Positions 1-9,478 of a DNA stretch of 26,343 bases are shown here, in pieces (the stretch's first letter is position 1; the number at the start of each line of letters is the position of its first letter). The notes beneath the pieces were generated by a model, which saw only the letters and a list, made by a program, of their open reading frames with translations, was not told where the DNA came from and searched no databases. The stretch is from NCBI GenBank assembly GCA_977017575.1, contig CDRNVI010000110.1:1-26343 (forward strand). The letters run 5' to 3'. The position numbers and the translations under genes were made by a program. Source of the stretch: Paramoeba atlantica. Its lineage: Eukaryota > Protista > Discosea.

Positions 1-1113
1 CATCGGAAGAAACAGCTTCGCGAATTTGTGTTCATGTCGAAGAATTCGGACCAGCCCCGCCAACTTCAACAGAACCTCCCCCATCGCCACAGGCCTAACG
101 GATTTTGATGTCTTGGGAAGTGCCACGAGACGCGCTCTCCTCAATCTACGCATGACTTCTTTGGACAGCATCCCGTTGACAAGATCACAGATCATATGAC
201 ACAGACTGGAACAACAGATCTCATCATCCAATAACAACCGAACAATGGCTTCCGTTGTACCCGAAGGTCCGGGAGCCGATCCCTTTGCTAGTCTTTTCCC
301 TGCATCACGTAGATCTTGCGGTGGGAGGCACGCAATCTTCGGGGCGTCTGTCGGAAGCGCGAATGAAATAGGCAACGAGGGATGCAATTTTCGCAATTGG
401 TCCAATTTTCCTTCATCCGTCATCGTTGTAGTTGCAGTTTCCTGATCTAATACTCGCGTTCCCTTCTTCGTTGCTCCTTCCAAGAGCAGTCTCGTTGCTT
501 TCTTTATAGCCCGCAAATCACTCGCCTTTTGCTCCGCTTCACTGTTCAGAGTTGTCGTCTCCTGAATTTCAACTGGACGGCGACGACGCTTCTTTCCAAT
601 GATGTGGCGCACTGTGGCTAAAGAGTGTTTCATTGCCGACAGAGTTCTGTTCCAAATTTGATTCCGTTGCTCGTACGAGGAACTCGCGTAGTCCCTCATG
701 ATATCCCGATAGATCGCGACAACACAAGGTACAAACTCGGAACTAACGGACCGTAAGGTGGGCATTGGGTCGAGGTCCAAATCAGCTTCGGTGTGATCAA
801 GATCATGTCTGTCTTTGTCTTCTGTGGAATTCGTTTCCCACGCGTTTCTCCTTGGCTCATCAAGCCAGCGTATCGAATGAATTCGCACGTTGGGATTCGG
901 CGGAATAAACCCCTCAAATTTGGTTCCAGATTTGTGCCCTTCCACGCCTTCATATGATATGGCTATTCTACCGGCTCCCGCCCGTTTCTTGACTGATTTC
1001 ACCACACCCCTCGATATATTTAATTGTGTGGAATCGCTAAAACACCACGCCACCAGGCAACCATCACCGCACTTCGACATTTTTGATTGATCCCAAACGA
1101 GGTCTGGTGCCAT
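1..1113 (-). CDS. CRE-1: N-terminal part of a CRE/SLACS-like non-LTR retrotransposon ORF, running off the left window edge
   Basis: This ORF is absent from the track because it has no stop inside the window. My translation is stop-free from 1353 to 1, with the first ATG at 1113. It gives ...VAWCFSDSTQLNISRGVV...EFVPCVVAIYRDIMRDY...DLRAIKKATRLLLEG...RKLHP...LAKGSAPGPSG...RARLVALPKTSKSVRPVAMGEVLLK, colinear with the ORFs at 5340-8345 and 8367-15910. Confidence 0.9.
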   Translation of the reverse strand, partial: MAPDLVWDQSKMSKCGDGCLVAWCFSDSTQLNISRGVVKSVKKRAGAGRIAISYEGVEGHKSGTKFEGFIPPNPNVRIHSIRWLDEPRRNAWETNSTEDKDRHDLDHTEADLDLDPMPTLRSVSSEFVPCVVAIYRDIMRDYASSSYEQRNQIWNRTLSAMKHSLATVRHIIGKKRRRRPVEIQETTTLNSEAEQKASDLRAIKKATRLLLEGATKKGTRVLDQETATTTMTDEGKLDQLRKLHPSLPISFALPTDAPKIACLPPQDLRDAGKRLAKGSAPGPSGTTEAIVRLLLDDEICCSSLCHMICDLVNGMLSKEVMRRLRRARLVALPKTSKSVRPVAMGEVLLKLAGLVRILRHEHKFAKLFLPM

Positions 1114-1349
1114 AGGGAAATGTCGAGCCGAATCTAACGTTCCTTTCCACGTCTCTATTATTCTCGCTTCTTCAGCTAATCCGGCCGGGGGTGCTTCAAC
1201 TGCGGTTTCAATGGTCGTGTTTGTTTGTTCACTGTCTTCGACCTCCGATTCCCCAGCAGCATTGAAAACCGGAATCACATTATGGCTGATGCTCCCTCCA
1301 GCGCGTGTCGGGATTTCGTCGGGCGTAATACAGTTTTTTTTTTTTTTTA

Positions 1350-2301
1350 GAAATCAACGACGAGAGTCTTCCACATACATTAAAAACAACTTGTAAGAAA
1401 ACATTGTTGTAAGAGCTAAAGAAATATATCGCTGATATCCTGAATCTCATCCACTGCCTATATTTACTAGCTAAAGAATATTCGTATTATTGATGCAACT
1501 ATCCGGATGTATATAGCGCGCAAACTATTTCAAAAGCATAATATAAAAATATAATACGTAGTGAAGGGGCTTTGCCCCCTGGCACGCAGCCACTGGTTGG
1601 GGGCTGGTGGGAGGGCATCGCACACTAATAAAAATAACTTGTAAGAGAATGTAAGCTATAAAACTATACACAATCTACATAAAGTTATAATTTAAATCAT
1701 ATTAAAAGATATAATAGAATTCATAATCAGAGATTATGTGCCTCGTAGGGCCATTCGAGAAAAAGGAGTCTTTTCAAATTCGTATTTGTTCTCGTCTAAA
1801 TTTCTTCTCGTAAACTATCATAAGCTTTTTTTTTTTTTTTATGAGTCGCGGCATTGCCTCTATACTTTAACCCAGTAGACGAACCGAGTAGGTCCATTGG
1901 GGGATATACGAGTTGAAAACAAGCAATCAAATTAGCAATTTTATATTGTTTTTATGCAAATAAAGAAAATTTTTCTCTCTCTTTCTCCTCTTTCTCACCT
2001 CTTGACATACTTTTCCCACCTTTCTCCCTACTTTCCTGCTTTCCCCTACCCAACTTTTCAACTTTTCAGGGGGGGTAAGGTCTCCCTCAGCTTCGCCTCA
2101 CCCGGCCTGCAGGCGGCTCCTCAACCATTCGCGCGTTCCGGACCGGGTCTTTCGACCTCTCCACGGCCTGACTTGTGGACCCTTCCCTTGTTATACGGGA
2201 GGGCGCAGGCGCGGGCCTGTGTCGACAGCGACACGGTCGCGAAACAGGATGCTGGCCGACGGGGAGGAGATTCACTACCCGTGTACTACCTCACTTGGGG
2301 T
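1350..2301. repeat. 952-bp dispersed direct repeat, copy 1 (modules C 1350-1615, A 1616-1820, B 1821-2301); copy 2 at 17897-18848
   Basis: Near-identical by direct comparison at offset 16547; I saw one substitution near 1805. Copy 1 is abutted on the left by T15 (1334-1348), which copy 2 lacks. Confidence 0.95.
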
Positions 2302-2523
2302 ACCTAGCCCTGACGGACTAGGCGTGAGCATAGACTCTGTCGACTCGACCAGCATCCGGGCCAGAGGTATGTGGCCCTGCGCATGGCGTCTTCGCCATGC
2401 CCCTAAGCGCCTTCAAGGGGGGCGTTAGGGTCACTGACAACTATCCTGGAGACCATCATCCGAGCCTGGGAACGCATCAACGTGACATTAAGCTCTTGCA
2501 AATAAGCTTTTTTTTTTTTTTTT
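1820..2523 (-). mobile_element. SINE-like unit with A15 tail and flanking direct repeat ATAAGC(T)15-16
   Basis: ATAAGC+T15 lies at 1820-1840 and ATAAGC+T16 at 2502-2523. Related copies at about 23420-24210 also end in minus-strand poly(A), at a site about 25 nt further on. Confidence 0.6.
2125..2430 (-). ncRNA. Unclassified structured RNA core of the SINE-like unit (also 18672-18848 in part, and 23973-24208)
   Basis: A 13-bp helix pairs 2247-2259 with 2345-2357. Hairpins lie at 2146-2157 (GAAA loop on minus), 2160-2179, 2303-2322, 2358-2377, 2382-2399 and 2401-2430. Between-copy differences become G-U pairs on the minus strand. Confidence 0.55.
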
Positions 2524-2639
2524 AAAAGTAAAGGTCTTAATAAATTTTTTGTATTAAGATCACCTTTACCTTCAGAGTTGCTACTTTTCCGCCTTCATCA
2601 CTTACTACTATTAGACTTTCCCTCCAGAAGTTGGAGCCA

Positions 2640-5005
2640 TTTTTTTTTTACTATAGTGTAATCCTTTCAGGTCAGGGCATCCGGCTTACGTTGTATGTCG
2701 GAAAACGTTGTCTTAATAATTGTATGATATAAACTGCGAATCCTCTTCAAACAATTCTTTTCGTAAACTATGAGACTTCCTACCACGGATTCTCACTGCA
2801 TATTCCATCAAAAAGCGCAAATATCGTCCCCATGGCTTTGGCTCAGGTACTTTCTGAGCTGGCCTAGGAGAATGTTTCCATTCATCTCCTGCAAGAGAAG
2901 TATGAAATCGTTTTCCACCTTGCTGGGCTCAATAGAAATGTTTTCCGCCAGAAGCCGTAGCAGCTCCCGAGTTCGGGCGTGCAATGAGCCACTTGACAGC
3001 ACCGGTAAACAGGCGAATTGCTCCTCGGCGAACATATTCGATGAGACGTATTTGGTGTTTTTCCGCGCGATCGCATCTTTGATTGCCTTCGCCGGTGTTG
3101 TTCCCGCAAGAGATGGTGCCAGATCGTGTACGACGGTGAGATCATAGAAGATTTCACCTGTCGCCCAATAAATAACCAAATCGGGCCCTGAACGGTGTAG
3201 CGTGCTGCCTTTGCATGTCGCAATGTGCTCTCGCCGACGTTCTTCTCGGATCACCTCGGAGCATGATGTGCACACATATGTGGAGAATTGCCGTGGCTCT
3301 AATTCACAAGGAATACCCGCACGCAGACACATATTATGAATATAGCGTACTAGTGCGTTGTGCTTTACCGTTGTATTCATTCCCGCACATCGGACGCAAC
3401 CCGGAATATGTGTAAGGGCAGTGGCACTGTTTAGAAGAACTCTGCATCCGGGGCAGGTGAGAGATTCGGGAAGACGTGGATGGCCCATTCCCAGGCGGGG
3501 CATTACTGCTAAGGTGAATTTCCGCGACGGCACGAGTCGCTCGTTTGCTTGTATCCATGTATAACTACCCTTCTTCGTTGTAGCGTCCATGATTCTTGCA
3601 AATTTCTTGTTCTTCCGAAGGCGCTCCTTCACTTCTTTGTGCATCTTGACTTCGACTGCCGTCATCTCAGCGACAGGTGCAGTGTCCGACTCGCTAGGCG
3701 TGACTTGAGCTGAAAGGAATTTTGGCTGCTCAAAAGCCACACTGCGCGACGCCTGGTACGCGGCCGCTCGGAGTGCATCAGTAGAAGGCAGGCCCAGCCC
3801 ACCCATACGAAGGGGAAGCCTTGCCCAGTCCAGTTGATCTTGCGTCATTGGTCCGAACCATGTCTTCAGAACTTTATCAACTTCGCCGTCAAACTCCTTT
3901 GCCATCGCTTCAGAGGAGTTCGGTGTGTGTGTGCGAATATGAAAACGATGACGAATGTTAACACATTTAGAGAGCAGGATAATAGATACGTTGCTCGCTC
4001 CCATCTGACTTAACCGACGGAAAATTGTTTTATGTTTCTGTAGCTTTTCTAGTAGTAGGGGATCTACCTTTTCGTCTTCTCCCACGTAAGCGCCGAGAAC
4101 CTTGATTGCGTCCTTCTCTACGTTGACTTGCGCCATTCGCAGAACTTCCGGAATTTCCGTGCCCTTCGTTCCTCCGAACCACACACATTTATGATTTGCC
4201 ATTTGCATGTTTCTTTCATTCAACAAATCCCACAGTCTATAAAATGCCTTCGTTAGGAGTGCAGGATCATCCGAAGCAAAGTTTATGTCGTCTATGTATG
4301 CGAATATTTTGATCGAGGGAAATTCTAAGGCCAGCGTTGCGAGGATGGGTTGCATCATTGTACAGAAAAGAAGCGTAGAAAGGGGAGACCCCTGTCGAAC
4401 TCCTGCTGTGCTGAAAACTTTGTCGTGTAACTTTCCGTCTGATCCAAAATACAGCAGCTCCGACGGCTCGGCATATTGAGCGTGAAAAAGCCTCCAGAAC
4501 GGTCGCAAACTAGAGAACGCGAAGAGTGCGTTCGCGATGTCTTGCCTCCAAGGAGTGTTGAATGCATTGCTGATGTCCATTGTTAGGATTGATTGTCCTT
4601 CCTGATAGAGTTTATGTAGGCGGTGTAATACTGTTTCACATCCTGATTTAGTTGCCACTCCGAATTGCCACGGAGCAAAAATCGGCGGCAGACAATGTTC
4701 ATATTTTTGCAACAAGACGATCTCTGCTAATTTTAGAAAAATCTCCCCAACAGCAACCGGGCGCACGTCCCTTCCATTTGCTTTCGGTATGGCGACTAAC
4801 CTTGCCCTCTACAACCTGTCCATCACGTCTTTCGAGATCGCTCCATTTACAACATCCAGTAACATGTGACACAGAGCTGTGCAACAGATTTGATCGTCGA
4901 GCAACAGTCTGACTATACCGTCCGTTGTCCCAGATGGACCGGGTGCCGCGCCCTTGGCCAATCGACGACCTGCCTCGCGGAGTTCTTCCGTTGTTATGAT
5001 CGCTG
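2640..5005 (-). mobile_element. CRE-2: 5'-truncated CRE-like non-LTR retrotransposon with 3' UTR and A10 tail
   Basis: RT-RLE coding sequence spans 2808-5003, and T10 at 2640-2649 is a plausible poly(A) tail. Confidence 0.8.
2808..5003 (-). pseudogene. CRE-2 reverse transcriptase plus restriction-like endonuclease (premature TAG at 4809-4811)
   Basis: Motifs: RPVAVGE, QFGV, DISNAFN, GVRQGSPLS, YIDD, LGA, RLPLRMGGLG, CPGC-x11-H-x3-C, KHN, EPR, GPDL...YDLTVVH and RKNTKY. The frame continues upstream of 4766 as LAKGAAPGPSG...DRL*RARLVAIPK. Confidence 0.93.
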
Positions 5006-5009
5006 TATA

Positions 5010-5105
5010 TGCCGATCCGGACCGGATCTCGTTATTTATTGGAACAACGGCGAGGTATACTATGACTTAACCGTAATACACGAGCTTTCGTCCTTCATAC
5101 AATAA
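5010..5105 (+). pseudogene. Inverted fragment of a CRE-like RLE domain from a related subfamily
   Basis: Translates RSGPDLVIYWNNGEVYYDLTVIHE, versus RSGPDLVIYWATGEIFYDLTVVHD in CRE-2. Confidence 0.85.
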
Positions 5106-5276
5106 GAAAGTAAACGTGACACAGACGTGATTTCGACGGTGAGTTGTCTTATAAAAAAAGCAATCAAATACATAATGAACAAGAATAAATAAAATGAAAC
5201 CAATTAGAAGGAGCATCGAATTATGATTTAAGCATTCTAGAAATGCTTTTCGCTTGTGACATGAGTTCGCTTCTCA

Positions 5277-5305
5277 TAAATAAATAAATAAATAAATAAA
5301 TAAAT
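5277..5305. repeat. (TAAA)7 microsatellite just 3' of CRE-3
   Basis: Direct reading; it lies 35 nt past the CRE-3 stop. Confidence 0.9.
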
Positions 5306-5339
5306 ATAAATATTCCAGATAGACGTGTCCGCTGACTTC

Positions 5340-8300
5340 TTACAACCGAAGTCCTCCCATCCATTTCTCTGCCGGGATGTAGTCTCTGAGTTGAGATACT
5401 ATCGTGTAAGCGGACATCTTCTCAATCTCGAGTTGGAACGCGTTGCGCACGTTATCATAGTTCAGCTTCGCTCTTTGTGAGAGAGCCTTTAATAGGGCCT
5501 TTGTATCAACATGTAGCAGGCCGCAATCTGTTGCGGCCAGACATTTGAATGAATCGCTGTCGACGCCTTTCTCAACCACATATTTCTTGTACTTTCTGTC
5601 GGCGACCTGTTGCATGAGGGCAGAGCTGGTTTGTTTGGCATAGCTAGTACAGCACGTGTGAACCACTGTAAAATCATAGAGCACCTCACCGATGTGAGGC
5701 CACATGATGGCAAGATCTGGGCCGGAACGAATGCGGCGGGCTTTGCAAGGATGTTGCTCGGCGACTTCTGCGGAAATCGTGCACTTACATTTTGTGCAGT
5801 GGTACGAAGAGTAAATGCGCGGTTCGATAACACTAGGCAGGCCTGCTTTTGAGCATAACTCTGCGAGATAACGGACTATGTGTGAATGCTTGCGGGTAGA
5901 GTTCATGCCGGAGCAACGGGAACATCCAGCAACGTGGGGAAGGATGGTTGAAGGAGATTCTTGATTCGAACATCCAGGGCAAATCATTTTGGTCGGTGCT
6001 TTTGGCACGCCGATTCCCAAGCGCATCATGAGCGTGTATCTGAAAAGATACGGGTTAACGTAGTTACTTGTATGTTCGAGGTGAAAATTAGCTTCCTTGG
6101 TGCGCTTCAAGATATTTGTTAAGGTTGAGTCTTTTTGCACTTCAATTAATTGCTTGTCATGCGCTTGGCTCAGGTTCTTTTTAAGAAATTTGCGGGCCTT
6201 TTCCGCGCGGCTCTGAGCTTTAGCTTTGACCTTGCCGCTGCCCTCTGAATCTACCGGAGCGTTATTGGGTTCAAATTGCTCTTCAATAGATTCTCGGGCA
6301 GCTGCGAAGTAATATTGTTGTTTCAGAGTGCAAGAAATCAAGCCTAATCCGCCTAGTTTTTGCGGGAGCGCTGCAAGCTTGAGTGCCTGGACATCGGCGC
6401 CACACCATTTCTGCAGGACCTCGTGTATGTGCTGCTCGAAAGATTGGGCTAGGTAAAGAGTAGCCTCCGGGCGGTGAACTCTTAAATGGTAGTCTTGGCG
6501 TGGAATTGTACAGCGGCGCAAAATCGCCAGAGAGAGGTTACTCGGGCCCATGAGAAGAAGGCGACGAAATAGGCATTTGTGCTTGTTCAATTTGCGCAGG
6601 AGAAGATCTTCTACCACATTGTCTTTGCCGATATAGGCTCCTAGGATCTTTATCGACTCGGTGCAAAGATTAACGCCTAAGTTTTCTAATGAAAAGGGTT
6701 CGCATGACGCACATTTCTGAAAGAATTCACATTTTTGAAAGTTAACGCATAGATTGAGCTCGGCTGTGGTTTCGCGTAAGTGCAGGAACGCCGCTTCGAG
6801 TGATCGCACGTTGGTGGAACTGAGAGTCACGTCGTCTTGGTAGGCTCTTATTTTGACGTCAGGGTATAGGCTTAGGACTTCTCGAAGAGGACCTTGTAAG
6901 AGTGCACAGAAGTACATGGAGGATAGGGATGATCCCTGGCGAATTCCTGAAGAGCTTTCTATGGTTGCAAAAAGGGCATTGTGGGCGAAAAACAATAGTT
7001 CAGATGGCAGGCCGTATTCCAGATAAAACATGCGCATGAAAGGTTTAAACACGGGATTATCTAGTAGTGCCTGGGTTATAGCGTCACGACGTGGAGTGTT
7101 ATACGCATTGCTGAAGTCAACGGTAATCAATGCGTGTCCATTCTCGTATTCACTTAGTAGTTCGTGCACTATCGATTCACACGCGTTCTTGTGGAGTACA
7201 CCTCGTTGGATGGGCGCAAAGTACTTTCGTAGTGCGGCTTCATGTCGCTGAAGTAAAATGGACCCGCAGATTTTGAGGATCGTGTCCCCCATGGCAACCG
7301 GGCGTATACCATTTCGCTGTCTGTGTCGCGTCTGCTGGTAATTCGAAAACGCAAGGAGCCGCAGGGTGCAGTTTTTGGAGTTTGGCAAATGTTTCTTTAT
7401 CAGATAATTTGTTGATTACAGTGACCTGATCCAGAACTTTTGCCGCTTTTGAGATCGACCCCTCGAGCACAAGGCGTGTGGCTTTTTTTATCGCTCTGCG
7501 ATCAGCGAATTGCCCTTCGTCCGCGTCCTTCTCTCTTTCTTCAAGCTCGGATTGCGTAAGCACTGGGCGACGTCGTCGACTGCGCGCTGACTGCTCTCTT
7601 AATTCTGCCAGCGAGTATTTCATCGCGGAGAGCACCCTGTGCCATATCCGACAGCGGTGAACATAATCACAATCTGCATAATCCCTCATAAGATCGCGGT
7701 AAACCGACACCACGCACGGTATAAATGCAGCGCTTACGTTTCTGACTGTAGGAATAGGTTCGTAATCCAAATCTTCGACTGTTTGCTTCACAGACGGTAT
7801 ATCTTTTGCAGGCGCGACTTGCTCGTCTTGAGCGCCTCTATTCAAAACGTTAATCCATACAATTTTATAGATGCGCACACTTTCCTGAGCAGGAATCGAT
7901 CCCGCGAAGCTTCGTTCCTTGCAGTGTCCTTGTAGGCCGTTGTATTTTACAGTCAGTCTGCGTACACCTGCCCTTGATCTCGCCGTTTGAACTGTGCCAG
8001 CAGAGATGTTTAACAATACTTGTTGGTCGAAACACCACGCTACCACACATTCGTCGCCTTTCCGAGCATTTCTGGTATGTGACTCCACTTCTTGCGGCGT
8101 CAATGGGAACTCAGTCTCAGGTTTCACGTTTGCGCGCATGTCGTCCACAATTTGCGTTAGTCGGTCTGCATTGTTCGTCGAATCTACATTCACTTCATCA
8201 AGCGGCAGGGGCGAGGGTATGCGGCCTGGGCTGGGTGATTGTCCTTTCTCCTCTGACGCGGGTGAGCTGCAGTCGTAGAACTCTTCTGGCTGAATTTCAG

Positions 8301-8345
8301 GTTGCGCAACTGGTTTGGACTTGGAGGCAGTTGTTGCTTGTTGTT
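5340..8345 (-). pseudogene. CRE-3: CRE-like retrotransposon ORF with an internal frameshifting deletion near 7325
   Basis: ORFs 7240-8193 and 5340-7388 join as LPADATQT / RNGIRPVAMG. About 65-70 codons present in CRE-1, -2 and -4 (LAKG..PGP..RLVA) are missing. YQDD, GIRQGSSLS, CPGC..H..C and GPDL..YDFTVVH are present. The frame is open upstream to about 8345 without an ATG. Confidence 0.92.
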
Positions 8346-8366
8346 TTTATTTTTATTTTTACTCGT

Positions 8367-9285
8367 ATGAACACGCAAAACGCCGAACAAATTATGAAGA
8401 GGGGATCAACGCTCGATAAGCCAAAGAAAACCCCCCGTGTGAGAGTTATTATGAGTGCAAAGGAATTATCGCCGAACTGGGCCGACCACGAGGTACATAG
8501 CAACTACCGACGGCCAAGGATAAAATTTTCTGATGCAAGGCCGACCTCACAAGAGTCCGAGAATGATTCCGATGAGGAGAGAGATTCATCCAAACATCCT
8601 GAAGATTGCGAAGGCGCCTCCGATGATACCACAGGCGAAGAATCTGATGTGATGTCGGTGGATGAGGACGTAACGTCGATGGATGGGGAAGTGGGGCAAC
8701 GCAAAAACGAAGAATTTCCGAAGGCTCCAGATCACATCAACACCATTATCCATGAATGGGGCAAAGGAACGACGTGCGAACTGAGATGGGGATTCAAAAA
8801 AGAGCAGAAATATGCCTCAAAAGGAGTAGTGGTGAAGAGGACTGTCCGAAAAGGTATTGTAAAGCTGAAGGTGGAATACAAGCCAAGCGACGGAGACAAT
8901 GGACCCTCTGGTTTTATCTACCTTCCTCCATCTGCAAAAGTGAAAATTTGGTCCATTAAGGCACTGTGTCTAGATAAAGTAAAAAGCGTCGATGTGTCAA
9001 TGGAAAACACTGGAAATTCAGAGAACAAGGAGGAGCGAGGCATTGAGGGAACATCTGATTTGGAACCGCTGCCAAAGATGGCACAAATTGATCCAACGTT
9101 TGCCGTCCATGTAATCGCGATTTTTCGTTCCATTATTAAAGCGTACCCGAAGGCTCAGACAGAAGCAGAAAGAACTGTTATCTGGCACAAACTCCTCGAT
9201 ACACCACGGGACTCTTTGGCCACAATCCGTCTAAACTACCTACGTCGCCAGAGCTCCGTACAGCGTCGAGGGAGACGTGAGTGGG
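8367..9285 (+). pseudogene. CRE-4, 5' part (interrupted at 9285 by YR element V1)
   Basis: ATG at 8367 follows a T-rich tract. ELRWGF..KGVV..VEY..LPP, DLEPLP, FRSIIKAY and IWHKLL are homologous to the CRE-1 and CRE-3 N-termini. Confidence 0.88.
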
Positions 9286-9454
9286 AAACTATCGATAGGA
9301 CATACATTTTAATTTCGTCTGTTTTAGAAAATAGGATAAACTAAACTCTTCAATTCTTGCAAAAGTGTAACTCATTAAATATTAGACTCATTCCATGTGC
9401 TATATGTTCTTCTATTTTCTTCTAATGGGCAAACTAGATGAGGGCTAAGTATGG

Positions 9455-9472
9455 TTTGCTTTGAAAATACGG
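9455..9472. repeat. 18-bp internal direct repeat of V1, TTTGCTTTGAAAATACGG (second copy 13245-13262)
   Basis: Exact match. One copy lies 7 nt after the RT stop and the other 12 nt before the gag ATG. Confidence 0.9.
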
Positions 9473-9478
9473 AATTCC

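Noticed and set aside
1328-1336. ATACAGTTT as a second SL fragment (also ACAAGGTACA near 724)
   Set aside because: Only 9-10 nt. The first partly uses the poly-T and lies opposite to CRE-1; the second is inside coding sequence.
1954-2307. 117-aa ORF (and 18501-18911, 2087-2275, 23914-24123) as genes
   Set aside because: They lie in the non-coding repeat, start at TTG/GTG or in a pyrimidine tract, and are not preserved at full length in the diverged copy.
2355-2430. HDV-like or hammerhead ribozyme in the structured repeat
   Set aside because: CTAAGCGCCT recalls the L1Tc ribozyme 3' end, but I could not build the nested pseudoknot. No CUGANGA...GAAA core is present on either strand.
4809-4811. 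Stop-codon reassignment (Blastocrithidia-like code) as the explanation for the in-frame stops
   Set aside because: This TAG aligns with Arg/Thr in paralogues. Trp is encoded by TGG throughout. TAA, TAG and TGA all terminate ORFs at natural C-termini.
7974-8366. N-terminal 131 aa of the 456-aa plus-strand ORF
   Set aside because: It is the antisense of CRE-3; the credible start is ATG 8367.
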